A stretch of 18,510 bases of DNA from a bacterium. Its GTDB lineage: Bacteria > Zhuqueibacterota > Zhuqueibacteria > Oceanimicrobiales > Oceanimicrobiaceae. Positions within the stretch are counted from its first letter, which is position 1, and each line of letters opens with the position of its first letter. The translations under genes were made by a program, and so were the position numbers. The DNA is taken from the NCBI GenBank assembly GCA_037446635.1, contig JBBIIG010000075.1:1-18510 (forward strand), written 5' to 3'. Below the pieces are notes generated by a model. The model was not told the origin of the DNA. It was given only the letters and a program-made list of their open reading frames with translations, and made no database searches. Of the stretch, positions 1 through 8,808 are shown one piece after another.

Positions 1-65
1 GCTTCAATTTCTATTTTATCAAAATTCATATAGACTGACCTTTTTAGACAGCCCCTTTTTTATTT

Positions 66-707
66 TCACTTCAAACTAAACTTCAGATATTTGATGGCAA
101 CTCCTTCCGCCAAAAATTTTTTCTCATACGTGGTTTGAATGGCGAGAATCGGATCGTCATTTTGGGTTGAATACAGATCCGCGAGCGCAAGATGCACCAT
201 ACCCTCGGTTTGCAAAACCTTGAGAGTATAAAAATATAGAACTGGGTTGTCCGTCTTCAGATGAACCACGCCGCCGGGTTTTAGAATTCGCCGATACAAT
301 TCCAGATACTTGGGCGAGGTGAGCCGGCGATTGCCGCGCGTGCTTTTAGGGAATGGATCCGGGAAGGTCAGCCAGATTTCATCGACCTCGCGCTCTGCAA
401 AGTAGTCAATGATGTTATCTATTTTGATGCGCAGAAACGCTGCGTTGTGAAGATTCAATTCCATCGCGCGTTTGGCGCCGCGCCACAACCGCGCGCCTTT
501 GATATCCACGCCAATGAAATTCCAGTTCGGAAAACGCCGCGCCAACTCGATGGTGTACTCCCCTTTGCCGCACGCTAATTCCAGTGTGATGGGATTTTCG
601 TTTTTGAAATAGTCCGCACGCCAGCGACCCTTTATGGTTTGCGGTTTTTCAAGAACATTGGGGAAAGATGAAAGCGACTCGAGCCTTCTTAATTTGGTCC
701 GCGGCAT
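66..707 (-). CDS. trmB: tRNA (guanine-N7)-methyltransferase TrmB
   Basis: 213-aa ORF with SAM-binding LELACGKGEY, FIGVDIKGARL, IWLTFPDPFPK, RRLTSP and VHLKTDN motifs and a C-terminal TTYEKKF, all typical of TrmB. Confidence 0.95.
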   Translation of the reverse strand: MPRTKLRRLESLSSFPNVLEKPQTIKGRWRADYFKNENPITLELACGKGEYTIELARRFPNWNFIGVDIKGARLWRGAKRAMELNLHNAAFLRIKIDNIIDYFAEREVDEIWLTFPDPFPKSTRGNRRLTSPKYLELYRRILKPGGVVHLKTDNPVLYFYTLKVLQTEGMVHLALADLYSTQNDDPILAIQTTYEKKFLAEGVAIKYLKFSLK

Positions 708-796
708 AATTGCATTATCCAGTTTTAAAATTCACCGACGTTTATTATTTTAAAATTGTAGCAAAAAATCAAGTTTGAATAATGGAGGATATCACA

Positions 797-1555
797 GTGA
801 ACTTCACCAACAAAGTGGTACTGGTCACCGGCGCCTCGCGTGGAATTGGCAAGGTGACTGCGCAGCAGTTTGCGGAGCAGGGCGCGCAGGTGATCGTGCA
901 TTACAATCAGAACCGTGAGCGGGCAGAAAAAACGCTGGCCTCGCTGGCCGGCGATTCGCACATTTTAATGCAGGCCGATCTCACCGATCCCAGTGTAGCC
1001 CAAAAACTCGTGGAAAACACCGTCGCGCAAAAAGGCCGACTCGATGTGCTGGTGAACAACGCCGGCGTGTATCTCCTGCATCGCATCGCCGAGATGGATT
1101 ACAGCGACTGGCAGGCCGTGTGGCAAACCACCCTCGCCATAAATTTGCTGGCGCCGGCAAATTTAATGTTCTGGACAATCAAGCAGATGGCCAAACAGGG
1201 CGGTGGAAAAATCGTGAACGTGTCGTCGCGGGGGGCGTTCCGCGGCGAACCGGAAGCGCCGGCCTACGGCGCCAGCAAAGCTGGCCTCAACGCCATGAGC
1301 CAGTCGCTGGCGAAAGCGTTAGCGCCGCAAAATATTTTTGTTTATGTGGTCGCGCCCGGTTTTGTGGAGACAGATATGGCGCGGCCGGTTTTGATGGGCA
1401 AACAGGGGGAAGAGATTCGGCGGCAAAGCCCTCTGAACCGACTGGCGCGGCCGGAAGAAGTGGCAAAGACGGTGTTGTTTCTCGCTTCGGAGGGAACGGA
1501 TTTTCTCACCGGCTGTGTGGTGGATATCAACGGCGCGTCGTATTTGCGGACTTGA
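797..1555 (+). CDS. Classical short-chain dehydrogenase/reductase (FabG-like SDR), substrate unknown
   Basis: TGASRGIG Rossmann motif, LVNNAG, NVSS, catalytic [15 protein letters not shown]. Start placed at GTG 797 because GGAGG lies 8 nt upstream; the ORF track start ATG 782 is the alternative. Confidence 0.9.
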   Translation: MNFTNKVVLVTGASRGIGKVTAQQFAEQGAQVIVHYNQNRERAEKTLASLAGDSHILMQADLTDPSVAQKLVENTVAQKGRLDVLVNNAGVYLLHRIAEMDYSDWQAVWQTTLAINLLAPANLMFWTIKQMAKQGGGKIVNVSSRGAFRGEPEAPAYGASKAGLNAMSQSLAKALAPQNIFVYVVAPGFVETDMARPVLMGKQGEEIRRQSPLNRLARPEEVAKTVLFLASEGTDFLTGCVVDINGASYLRT

Positions 1556-1557
1556 TT

Positions 1558-1740
1558 AAAATCCGAAAATCGTATATCGTCAGTGGCGGAAAAATCGAAA
1601 CAAATTCAAAAAACCAAACTCAAAATATCTTAAACTGGGCGATTAGTCAAATCACTACCATTGACGGGGTAAGGTTTTGTCAATTGATATTTTGAAATTG
1701 AGTTTTGTTTCGCATTTCGGATTTCGACATTCGAATTTTC
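1558..1740. repeat. Imperfect long inverted repeat built from TCCGAAA/TCGAAA-like units (MITE-like or bidirectional terminator region)
   Basis: CGAAACAAA (1596-1604) is complementary to TTTGTTTCG (1704-1712); TCAAAATATC (1620-1629) to GATATTTTGA (1686-1695); outer AAATCCGAAA matches TTTCGGATTT. Lies between convergent SDR and typA. Confidence 0.65.
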
Positions 1741-1763
1741 GAGATCACACTACACAAACGATC

Positions 1764-3605
1764 TCAAACTTGCGTGTAAGCATACATCTCCCGCTTGCGA
1801 TTCGATGCCCGGCGGTTGGCGTCTAACTCCATTTTGCGCAAGCGGATGCTTTTCGGCGTCACCTCCACCAGCTCATCTTCGGCAATAAATTCAATCGCCT
1901 GATCGAGTGACAACCGACGCGGCGGCCGCAGCACGACCGTGCTATCGGCGGTGGAGCTGCGCATGTTGGTGAGCTTCTTTTCTTTGGTGATATTCACCTC
2001 AAGGTCGCCGTTGCGGTTGCGCTCGCCGACGATCATGCCGCCATACACCTCGGTTCCCACCTCGAGAAATAATTCCCCGCGATCCACCATCGCCATGCTG
2101 GCGTAGGCGGTGACTCGTCCGCTGCGGTCCGCCACCAGCGCGCCGTTGGTGCGCTGCGGAATGGGACCGAACCACGGCGCATATCCGTCGAACAGCGTGT
2201 TCATCACGCCCGCGCCTTTGGTGTCGGTGAGGAATTGCGTACGAAAGCCAATGAGTCCGCGCGATGGAATGATGAACTCCATGTTAACGCGGCCGCTGCC
2301 GTGGTTGATCAAGTTGGAAAGTCGCCCCTTGCGCTGCGATAATTTTTCCGTGAGCACACCAATAAATTCTTCCGGCACGTCAACATAAAGATGCTCAAGC
2401 GGCTCCATAATTCTGCCGTTTTCTTCTTTAGTGATCACGCGCGGTTTGGAAACCATGAACTCGTAGCCTTCGCGACGCATGGTTTCGATGAGAATCGCCA
2501 TTTGCAGCTCGCCGCGGCCGCGCACTTCAAAAGCGTCGGCGCGATTCATCGGCTTGACTTGCAGCGCCACATTGCGCAGCGTCTCGCGCTCTAAGCGCTC
2601 CGACAAATGGCGCGACGTGAGAAATTTTCCTTCTTTACCGGCAAAGGGACTGTTGTTCACATAAAAGATCATCGAGACCGTGGGCTCATCCACTTTGATG
2701 CGCGGCAGCGGTTGGGGATTCTCCAGCGACGTAATGGTATCGCCGATGCGGAGATTTTGCACGCCGGCGAGCGCGATGATATCGCCCGACACCACCTTCT
2801 CCACCTGTTTTCGTTTCAATCCCGAAAAAGTATAGAGCGCGCTGAATTTGATTCCCGGAATTTCCTCGTCCTGCGCACACAGCGTGTAACTTTTGTTCAT
2901 TTCCAGAACGCCGTTCCAAAGCCGGCCAATAGCAATCTGCCCGACATAAGAATCATAATCTAAATTCGTCACCAGCAATTGCGGCGCGTGTTCGTCATCG
3001 GCCTGCGGACCGGGAATATAGGACAAAATGGTCTCAAATAACGGCCGCAAGTCCGTTGAGTCGTCGCCAAGTCCTTGGTGAGCGACGCCGATTTTGGCGT
3101 TGGTGTAAAGAATCGGAAATTCGATCTGATGATCGCCGGCGTCCAGATCGATGAACAGATCATAAACTTCATTCACTACTTCCGAGATGCGCGCGTCGCT
3201 GCGGTCAATTTTGTTGATGACCAAAATAATGGGCAGATGTTTGGCCAGCGCCTTTTTCACCACAAAACGTGTTTGCGGCAGCGGGCCTTCGCTGGCGTCC
3301 ACCAGCAGCAGCGCGCCGTCCACCATGTTCAAACTGCGCTCCACCTCGCCGCCGAAATCCGCGTGGCCAGGGGTATCGACGATGTTGATCTTCACATCGT
3401 TGTACCAGATGGCGGTGTTTTTCGCCATGATGGTGATGCCGCGCTCGCGCTCCAAATCCATCGTGTCCATGATGCGTTCACCGACGTTTTGGTTTTCGCG
3501 AAACGCGCCGCTCTGTTTCAACATGCCATCCACCAGCGTGGTCTTGCCGTGATCCACATGCGCAATGATGGCGATGTTTCTGAAATTCTGTTTTCGTTTA
3601 ATCAA
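1764..3605 (-). CDS. typA: Translational GTPase TypA/BipA
   Basis: [17 protein letters not shown] (G1), [44 protein letters not shown] and BipA C-terminal KKLTNMRSS / [18 protein letters not shown] start with AGGA 8 nt upstream. Confidence 0.97.
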   Translation of the reverse strand: MIKRKQNFRNIAIIAHVDHGKTTLVDGMLKQSGAFRENQNVGERIMDTMDLERERGITIMAKNTAIWYNDVKINIVDTPGHADFGGEVERSLNMVDGALLLVDASEGPLPQTRFVVKKALAKHLPIILVINKIDRSDARISEVVNEVYDLFIDLDAGDHQIEFPILYTNAKIGVAHQGLGDDSTDLRPLFETILSYIPGPQADDEHAPQLLVTNLDYDSYVGQIAIGRLWNGVLEMNKSYTLCAQDEEIPGIKFSALYTFSGLKRKQVEKVVSGDIIALAGVQNLRIGDTITSLENPQPLPRIKVDEPTVSMIFYVNNSPFAGKEGKFLTSRHLSERLERETLRNVALQVKPMNRADAFEVRGRGELQMAILIETMRREGYEFMVSKPRVITKEENGRIMEPLEHLYVDVPEEFIGVLTEKLSQRKGRLSNLINHGSGRVNMEFIIPSRGLIGFRTQFLTDTKGAGVMNTLFDGYAPWFGPIPQRTNGALVADRSGRVTAYASMAMVDRGELFLEVGTEVYGGMIVGERNRNGDLEVNITKEKKLTNMRSSTADSTVVLRPPRRLSLDQAIEFIAEDELVEVTPKSIRLRKMELDANRRASNRKREMYAYTQV

Positions 3606-3629
3606 AAATCATTTCCTTTTTTGAATACT

Positions 3630-3872
3630 CTAAGCTTGGCCGCCGGCTTCGGGCTGGGGCTCCGATATAACAGCCACATCTTTTGCTTGCGGACCTTTCT
3701 GTCCGTCGCCAATCCCGAATTCCACCTGCTGTCCGTTTTTCAAAGAGCGAAATCCTTCGCCGCGGATATCGCTGAAATGAACAAACAACTCTTCCCCGTT
3801 CTGCCGCAAAATGAAGCCGTACCCTTTCTTTGCATTAAACCACTTCACCGTTCCGGTTTCACGATCAGCCAT
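3630..3872 (-). CDS. Cold-shock domain protein (CspA family)
   Basis: [15 protein letters not shown] (RNP1), LFVHFSDI (RNP2), [10 protein letters not shown]. Start moved to ATG 3872 (MADRETG), preceded by GGAG; 80 aa with a short Pro/Gly tail. Confidence 0.95.
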   Translation of the reverse strand: MADRETGTVKWFNAKKGYGFILRQNGEELFVHFSDIRGEGFRSLKNGQQVEFGIGDGQKGPQAKDVAVISEPQPEAGGQA

Positions 3873-3923
3873 AATCGTTCTCCGTATTTTCTTGAGCTTG
3901 AAAATTTGCAAAAAATTGTGGCT

Positions 3924-3952
3924 AATATAAAAGAGATTCCACCTAGAGTCAA
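3924..3952 (-). promoter_or_regulatory. Sigma70-type promoter for csp (probably csp-typA)
   Basis: Minus strand TTGACT (3952-3947), 17 nt spacer, TATATT (3929-3924), about 50 nt upstream of the csp ATG. Confidence 0.7.
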
Positions 3953-3990
3953 GAAATAAGATTGCAACATTTTGTAATTAAAAAAAGCGG

Positions 3991-6123
3991 TCATTTCGTG
4001 GTAAACTCGTAAACCCCGTCCCAGTTTTCGGGCGGCGGGTTTTCGATGAAATCGAGGCAGCGTTTGATGTAAACGCGGGTGGGACCGTCGGTGGGAAAGT
4101 AGCGGATGATGCGTTTGAACTCATTCAACGCCTGGTACCATTTTCTTTCTTTATAGTAATTCAACCCCTGAGTATAAATATCGATGATCAAATCCTGCTC
4201 GATCTGCGGCAGCGCGGTCATGCCGCGCAATTCAAAAATGCGCACTGGCTTGTTTTTGCCTTTCACTTTCACCAAATCCAATTCACGGACGATAGCGGTT
4301 TTCTTGACTCCTTTATACGTGAATTCGCTAATGATGATGGAGGTGCCGTACTGCTTGTTGGCGCCTTCCAGCCGCGCGCCCAAGTTCACATCGTCGCCGA
4401 TGGCGGTGTAATCGAAAAGCTGCGACGACCCCAAATTGCCGACGATGACTTTGCCGGTGTTGATGCCGATGCCGATTTGAAAATAGGCTTCCTTCCTCTC
4501 CGACCATTTTTTTTGCATCGCGCGCAGGCGGTCGATCATCTCGATGGCGGTGAGACAGGCCATCTCCGCGTGATTTTTGAAATAGTGCGGCGCGCCGTAA
4601 ATGGCCATGATTTCATCGCCGACAAATTTATCGAGGGTGCCGGCGTTTTTGAAAATCACATCCACCATCTCGGTCAAATACTCGTTGAGCTTGCGCACCA
4701 CCTCGTGCGACGAATGCTTTTCGGTGAAAGTGGTGAAGCCGCGGATGTCGGAAAAGAGTACGCTGATTTCCCGGCGTTCGCCGCCAAACCTCGGCAGTTG
4801 TCCGCTCGCCAACATGTTGTCGATGACGCTTTGCGCCATAAAGTGCTGCCAGGTTTTTTTAATGCGAATGCGTTCCCGCTGCTCGGTGAGCGTCTGGTGC
4901 ACGACGTTGGAAACATAGCTCAGTAAAATTCCGGTCAGGGGAGCGGTTACTTCAATCCAAACCAGGTTGTTGATGAACGCAAAAAAAGCCCAGATGAAAT
5001 AGGCCAACATCAGCCCCAGCACCGCAAACATGCCGCGGAAGGGTTTGAGCCATTTGGTGACGGCCATCGCTATGCCCGCCAGAATCAAGACCATCAGCAG
5101 CGCGATTCGCCAGTCCTGTTTGCGGATGAAATCGCCGCGCTGCAGAGTGCTCAAGGCGTTGGCGTGCAGTTCGACGCCGGGCATTTTGCGTTTGACGCCT
5201 TTATAACTGAAAAAGGGCGTGAGCTTGTTGTCCTGCAATTCTTCCGCGGCGGCGCCGATAAAAACCACTTTGTCTTTGAACGTGCCTTCGAGTTTGTGCA
5301 TCTCGAAAATGTCGGTGTCTTCTTCTTCCATGAGATCGAAATTGGCGTCATCCAAAATATCGGAAAAGGAGTAGGTGCGGAAAGTTTTCGCCGGCCCGCG
5401 GAAATTGATCAGCATGGTATTGCCTTCCACCACGGGGATGCGCAGGTTGGCCAAAACCGTCGGATCGATTTTTTTCACGCCATTGCCATCGGCGCTGGCG
5501 CTGGCGGTCAAATTCAAATAGGCTTCGATGCTGAGAGGATAATAAACCCGCTCGTTCTTTTTCTGAAACAGCAGATAGCGGCGAATGAAGCCGTCCGCGT
5601 CTTCGTCCACGTTCACCAGGCCCCAGCGCGCCTGCGTGTCCAGCAGCTTCGGAATCGGCGGCAGCACGTAGGTATTGACAATATCGTTGGAGGCAAATTC
5701 CGTTACCCACTTGCCGGCCAGAATCACATTTTGCACGCGATAGACCGCGGCCGCCAGCACTTCGTCCGGGCGCGGCTCCTCGAGGTTGGGCTCGGTGATT
5801 TCAATATCCAGCACAATCAGCCGCGCGCCGGCTTCCGCCAAATTGAGGAGGGCGCGGGCGTAGAGCGACCGCGAAAACGGCCACTTCCGCCCCAAGCCCT
5901 TGAAGCTCTGATCGTCGATGGCGACGATGACGATGTTATCCTGCTGAGTCTCCACGGCGCCGCGCAGGCCGAAGCGGAGGTCGTAGGTTTTAAACTCGAA
6001 ATTTTCAAAAGGCGTGGTTGCGGCAAAGATGACAGCGACGATCGCCGACAACGCGGCCAGCACGCCGCCAAACAACCAGCGGGTATTCCAGATGCGGATA
6101 AGATCTTGCCAGTTAAATTTCAT
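3991..6123 (-). CDS. CHASE2-domain class III adenylate cyclase with C-terminal TPR-like helices
   Basis: N-terminal TM helix, CHASE2 motifs (IVIVAIDDQS, WPFSRSLYA, DADGFIRR, MLINFRG, KVVFIG, MPGVELHANA), three TM helices, then catalytic domain VLFSDIRGFT, TLDKFVGDEIMA, GIGINTG, DYTAIGDDVNLGARLE. Lys in DKF plus Thr in DYT suggest ATP specificity (class IIIb type). Start ATG 6123 or TTG 6129. Confidence 0.93.
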   Translation of the reverse strand: MKFNWQDLIRIWNTRWLFGGVLAALSAIVAVIFAATTPFENFEFKTYDLRFGLRGAVETQQDNIVIVAIDDQSFKGLGRKWPFSRSLYARALLNLAEAGARLIVLDIEITEPNLEEPRPDEVLAAAVYRVQNVILAGKWVTEFASNDIVNTYVLPPIPKLLDTQARWGLVNVDEDADGFIRRYLLFQKKNERVYYPLSIEAYLNLTASASADGNGVKKIDPTVLANLRIPVVEGNTMLINFRGPAKTFRTYSFSDILDDANFDLMEEEDTDIFEMHKLEGTFKDKVVFIGAAAEELQDNKLTPFFSYKGVKRKMPGVELHANALSTLQRGDFIRKQDWRIALLMVLILAGIAMAVTKWLKPFRGMFAVLGLMLAYFIWAFFAFINNLVWIEVTAPLTGILLSYVSNVVHQTLTEQRERIRIKKTWQHFMAQSVIDNMLASGQLPRFGGERREISVLFSDIRGFTTFTEKHSSHEVVRKLNEYLTEMVDVIFKNAGTLDKFVGDEIMAIYGAPHYFKNHAEMACLTAIEMIDRLRAMQKKWSERKEAYFQIGIGINTGKVIVGNLGSSQLFDYTAIGDDVNLGARLEGANKQYGTSIIISEFTYKGVKKTAIVRELDLVKVKGKNKPVRIFELRGMTALPQIEQDLIIDIYTQGLNYYKERKWYQALNEFKRIIRYFPTDGPTRVYIKRCLDFIENPPPENWDGVYEFTTK

Positions 6124-6125
6124 AT

Positions 6126-6169
6126 TCAAAAAAATTGAAAAGGGCAGGAAACAAAATTCACTGCCCTTT
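6126..6169 (-). terminator. Intrinsic terminator-like hairpin immediately upstream of the cyclase start
   Basis: Minus strand AAAGGGCAG-13 nt-CTGCCCTTT (arms at plus 6161-6169 and 6139-6147) followed by TCAATTTTTTT. Confidence 0.5.
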
Positions 6170-6193
6170 AAACTTCACGTGGTGGAAAAAGTT

Positions 6194-8791
6194 CTAAAAT
6201 CTTTTTTCGTAATAGAGGCGGAAGAGGCGGTCGGTGAACGAGGGGTTCCGGGACGAAAAGCTTCCAGTGGTGGTATTAAACGTGCCGCCGCTGTCGTTGA
6301 AGCGATTCAACTGGCCTTCGAGGGAAACGAAATGGCCGGGGCCGATATCGAAACGGGCGCCGGCGGTGAAGCCCAGCCGGGTGTAGTCGGTGATGGTGCG
6401 CGTGGTGTCAGTAGTGATGGTGGTGCCAGAGGCCGTGGTCAGGTTTACGCCAAAAAAGGTGCGCAATCTTTGGTTGAACCAAAGATATTCTGCGGTTCCA
6501 CCAAACAGATTAAATTTAAAGTCATTCAGCCCGCTGGCAAATTTGTTTTCGTTGCGGACGAAATTGAGCGTGGTGGTCAAAGGAATCTGGTACTGAGTCC
6601 GCACCGAGAAAAGTTGAACGTTGGAAGAGGTTTCGTTCAAATTCACCGACACGCCGCCGATTGGAGTCAGAGTATTCAAATGATCATTGCGATCCGAAGC
6701 GATGTAACTCACACTCACCGAGTGGCGCAGTTGCATGAAATTGAGATCGTAATTGGCCTGTACGCTCCAATCGATCGTGGCGTTATCTTCCGGAATATTC
6801 GTGGTATCCGGCACCGGCGTGTTGTTACGGGTGTGATTGCGCACATTGAACGTAAAGTTGGGATAGCGCGGGTCGGGATAAATCGAAAAGCCAAAGTTGA
6901 AGGTCTGCAGCTTAGTTCTGGGATTCTGATCGTCGGCGTCAAAATTATCTTTGTAATTTTCAAATCCAAAATTCAGATAAATTTTGTTTTGATAGACCCG
7001 CAGCCGGTCATCGACAAAAAAACCGCGAAGGTTGTTTCTCAAAAATGAGTTACCCAGCGAAACGTACTCGCCGCCGATGGATTTGAATCCGAAACGGAAA
7101 TCGTTGTTGAAATAATTGAGCCGCAAGTTGACGTTGTACGCTAGCGACGTCAAATCGCGTGGATCCAGCGGCGTGGTGCTGGCGTTGATAATGAACAAGT
7201 CTTTCAAATCTGCCGGATTGAAAGGAAGATTGACGTCGAACTGGCTTTTGAGGGAATCTTTTTCGAGCGGCCCGCTGCTGATATCCGAACTGAAGAGACT
7301 GAACGCGCCGGCGGCGGTTAGCTCGATACGGCGATTATCGAAGGCGAGCAAAAAGTCCGAGCCGACCACAAGATTATCCTGCGGCGGCAAAACGTACCCG
7401 CTAGCAAAAAAGGCGGTAGAGTCGGCCGCTTTCGAAAAACTATCCCGTACTTTGAGAAGATTAAATCCCAATTGAAAATTTCGGCCGCTGCCCCAGCTCT
7501 GGCGCAGGCCCAACAAATCCTGGCCAAAGGACCCGGAGGCAATCGCGATGGAATCCTGCCCGGCAACCGTTTGAAATGGCTGCCCGGTGGTGGGGTCAAT
7601 CGCCGCAATTGGGCTGATTCTGCGGTTAGTCTGCCCGTACACAACATCAACATTGAAGACGCCGGTGTGCAATCTCCCCCAAACGCCGCGCACCCGTTTC
7701 CCCCACAGCATCAAATCGTTGAAACGCGGGTAGGTGTCGCCGAGGGTCACCCCCAACACCGGAATTTCGAGATTCAAACTGTAGCGGTGAAACGGCTGCT
7801 GGCGGCTGTCTTCGCGGGTGGTGAGAAAAACGTTGGCGTCGTATTTCAAAATACTGTGGCGCCCGCTCAACTGGCCGCCGATGTTGTTGTCGCTAAAATT
7901 GAAGCCGCTGATTTTCTCCTGCCGCGTCTCCGCAAACACCCGCGCCGAAAAGTTCGCTGCCGCCGTCTGCCGCTTCTGCTCGCCCACCACCTGAAACGCC
8001 AAACTTGCGGAAGGCAACTGTGCGCCGGAAACGTAGTGCCCCTGAATTAAAACTTGGTGCGTCCCTGGCGGGAGGTTTTTGGCGGTGTAGGTCAAAAGAT
8101 TTTCGGTGATTTCCGCTTGCAGGGTCACGTTCTCGCCGTCCACAAACAGGTTGATGCTGGAGACATCGATCTCGGCGTCCGGGGAGAAAAACGACGCCGC
8201 GACGATCACATCTTCGCCGGCGCTAAATTGCTCGCCGCTTTCCGGGCTCAAAATCAAAACCGGCCCCTCGGCGTTCGTATCCAAAGAAGTGGGGGCGGAT
8301 GGCAAAGGAGGCTCCTCCACCGGCTGTTGCGCCGGCTGGATTTCCGGCAGCGGTTCCATCACCTGCGGCTGCGGAGTTGGCGGGACGCCAGCGCCAATAT
8401 TGACGATGATGGGGTTGCCGTACGGATTCCATTCCGGGTAGGTGATGACATTTTGATCGGCAAGCAGCGCCAGCACGAAATAGTGCAGCTCCGGCGGCGA
8501 AAAGCGATTGGGCCGCAGCTCGGCAAAAAAGCCGGCGCCGCCCGGAGCCATTTCGACGTAATCGAACGAGTTCTGATTTTTCGATCTAAAATAGAGGCGC
8601 ATGAAAATAACCCGCTCCGATGAACCATCCACTCGCGCTTCGGCGACAAACACCTCGTTCTCCCGCAACGCGGCCACCGGCGTGTGAATGATCCGCGCGC
8701 CGGGGGGTTCGGGTAAACCTGGATTTGCAAATGCCTGGCCCCCTGCGAAACTCGCTACTGCGAGCAGTGAAAGCAATAACTTTCTCGACAT
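6194..8791 (-). CDS. Secreted protein, predicted two Ig-like domains, Pro-rich linker and large C-terminal outer-membrane beta-barrel
   Basis: Signal peptide (MSRK, hydrophobic core, QAFA), beta-rich domain, PPTPQPQ..EEPPLPSAP linker, second Ig-like domain (LILSPESG...LFVDG...LPPGTHQV), about 590 aa of amphipathic beta-strands, ends RLYYEKRF with terminal Phe. GAGGA RBS. Confidence 0.7.
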   Translation of the reverse strand: MSRKLLLSLLAVASFAGGQAFANPGLPEPPGARIIHTPVAALRENEVFVAEARVDGSSERVIFMRLYFRSKNQNSFDYVEMAPGGAGFFAELRPNRFSPPELHYFVLALLADQNVITYPEWNPYGNPIIVNIGAGVPPTPQPQVMEPLPEIQPAQQPVEEPPLPSAPTSLDTNAEGPVLILSPESGEQFSAGEDVIVAASFFSPDAEIDVSSINLFVDGENVTLQAEITENLLTYTAKNLPPGTHQVLIQGHYVSGAQLPSASLAFQVVGEQKRQTAAANFSARVFAETRQEKISGFNFSDNNIGGQLSGRHSILKYDANVFLTTREDSRQQPFHRYSLNLEIPVLGVTLGDTYPRFNDLMLWGKRVRGVWGRLHTGVFNVDVVYGQTNRRISPIAAIDPTTGQPFQTVAGQDSIAIASGSFGQDLLGLRQSWGSGRNFQLGFNLLKVRDSFSKAADSTAFFASGYVLPPQDNLVVGSDFLLAFDNRRIELTAAGAFSLFSSDISSGPLEKDSLKSQFDVNLPFNPADLKDLFIINASTTPLDPRDLTSLAYNVNLRLNYFNNDFRFGFKSIGGEYVSLGNSFLRNNLRGFFVDDRLRVYQNKIYLNFGFENYKDNFDADDQNPRTKLQTFNFGFSIYPDPRYPNFTFNVRNHTRNNTPVPDTTNIPEDNATIDWSVQANYDLNFMQLRHSVSVSYIASDRNDHLNTLTPIGGVSVNLNETSSNVQLFSVRTQYQIPLTTTLNFVRNENKFASGLNDFKFNLFGGTAEYLWFNQRLRTFFGVNLTTASGTTITTDTTRTITDYTRLGFTAGARFDIGPGHFVSLEGQLNRFNDSGGTFNTTTGSFSSRNPSFTDRLFRLYYEKRF

Positions 8792-8808
8792 TTATTCCTC
8801 ATCATTCA

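Noticed and set aside
30..65. CCTTTTTAGACAGCCCCTTTTT downstream of trmB, resembling one arm of a terminator or repeat
   Set aside because: No convincing complementary arm inside the window; cannot be evaluated.
1120..1695. 191-aa alternative-frame ORF overlapping the SDR
   Set aside because: Out-of-frame overlap with a clear gene, no motif, runs into the repeat element.
3873..3911. 13-codon N-terminal extension of the cold-shock ORF
   Set aside because: RBS and family alignment point to ATG 3872.
3075..3959. 294-aa plus-strand ORF opposite typA/csp
   Set aside because: Antisense shadow of conserved genes; no recognisable domain.
5164..7048. 324-aa and 344-aa plus-strand ORFs opposite the cyclase and barrel genes
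   Set aside because: Antisense shadows expected from GC-biased codon usage; no motifs.
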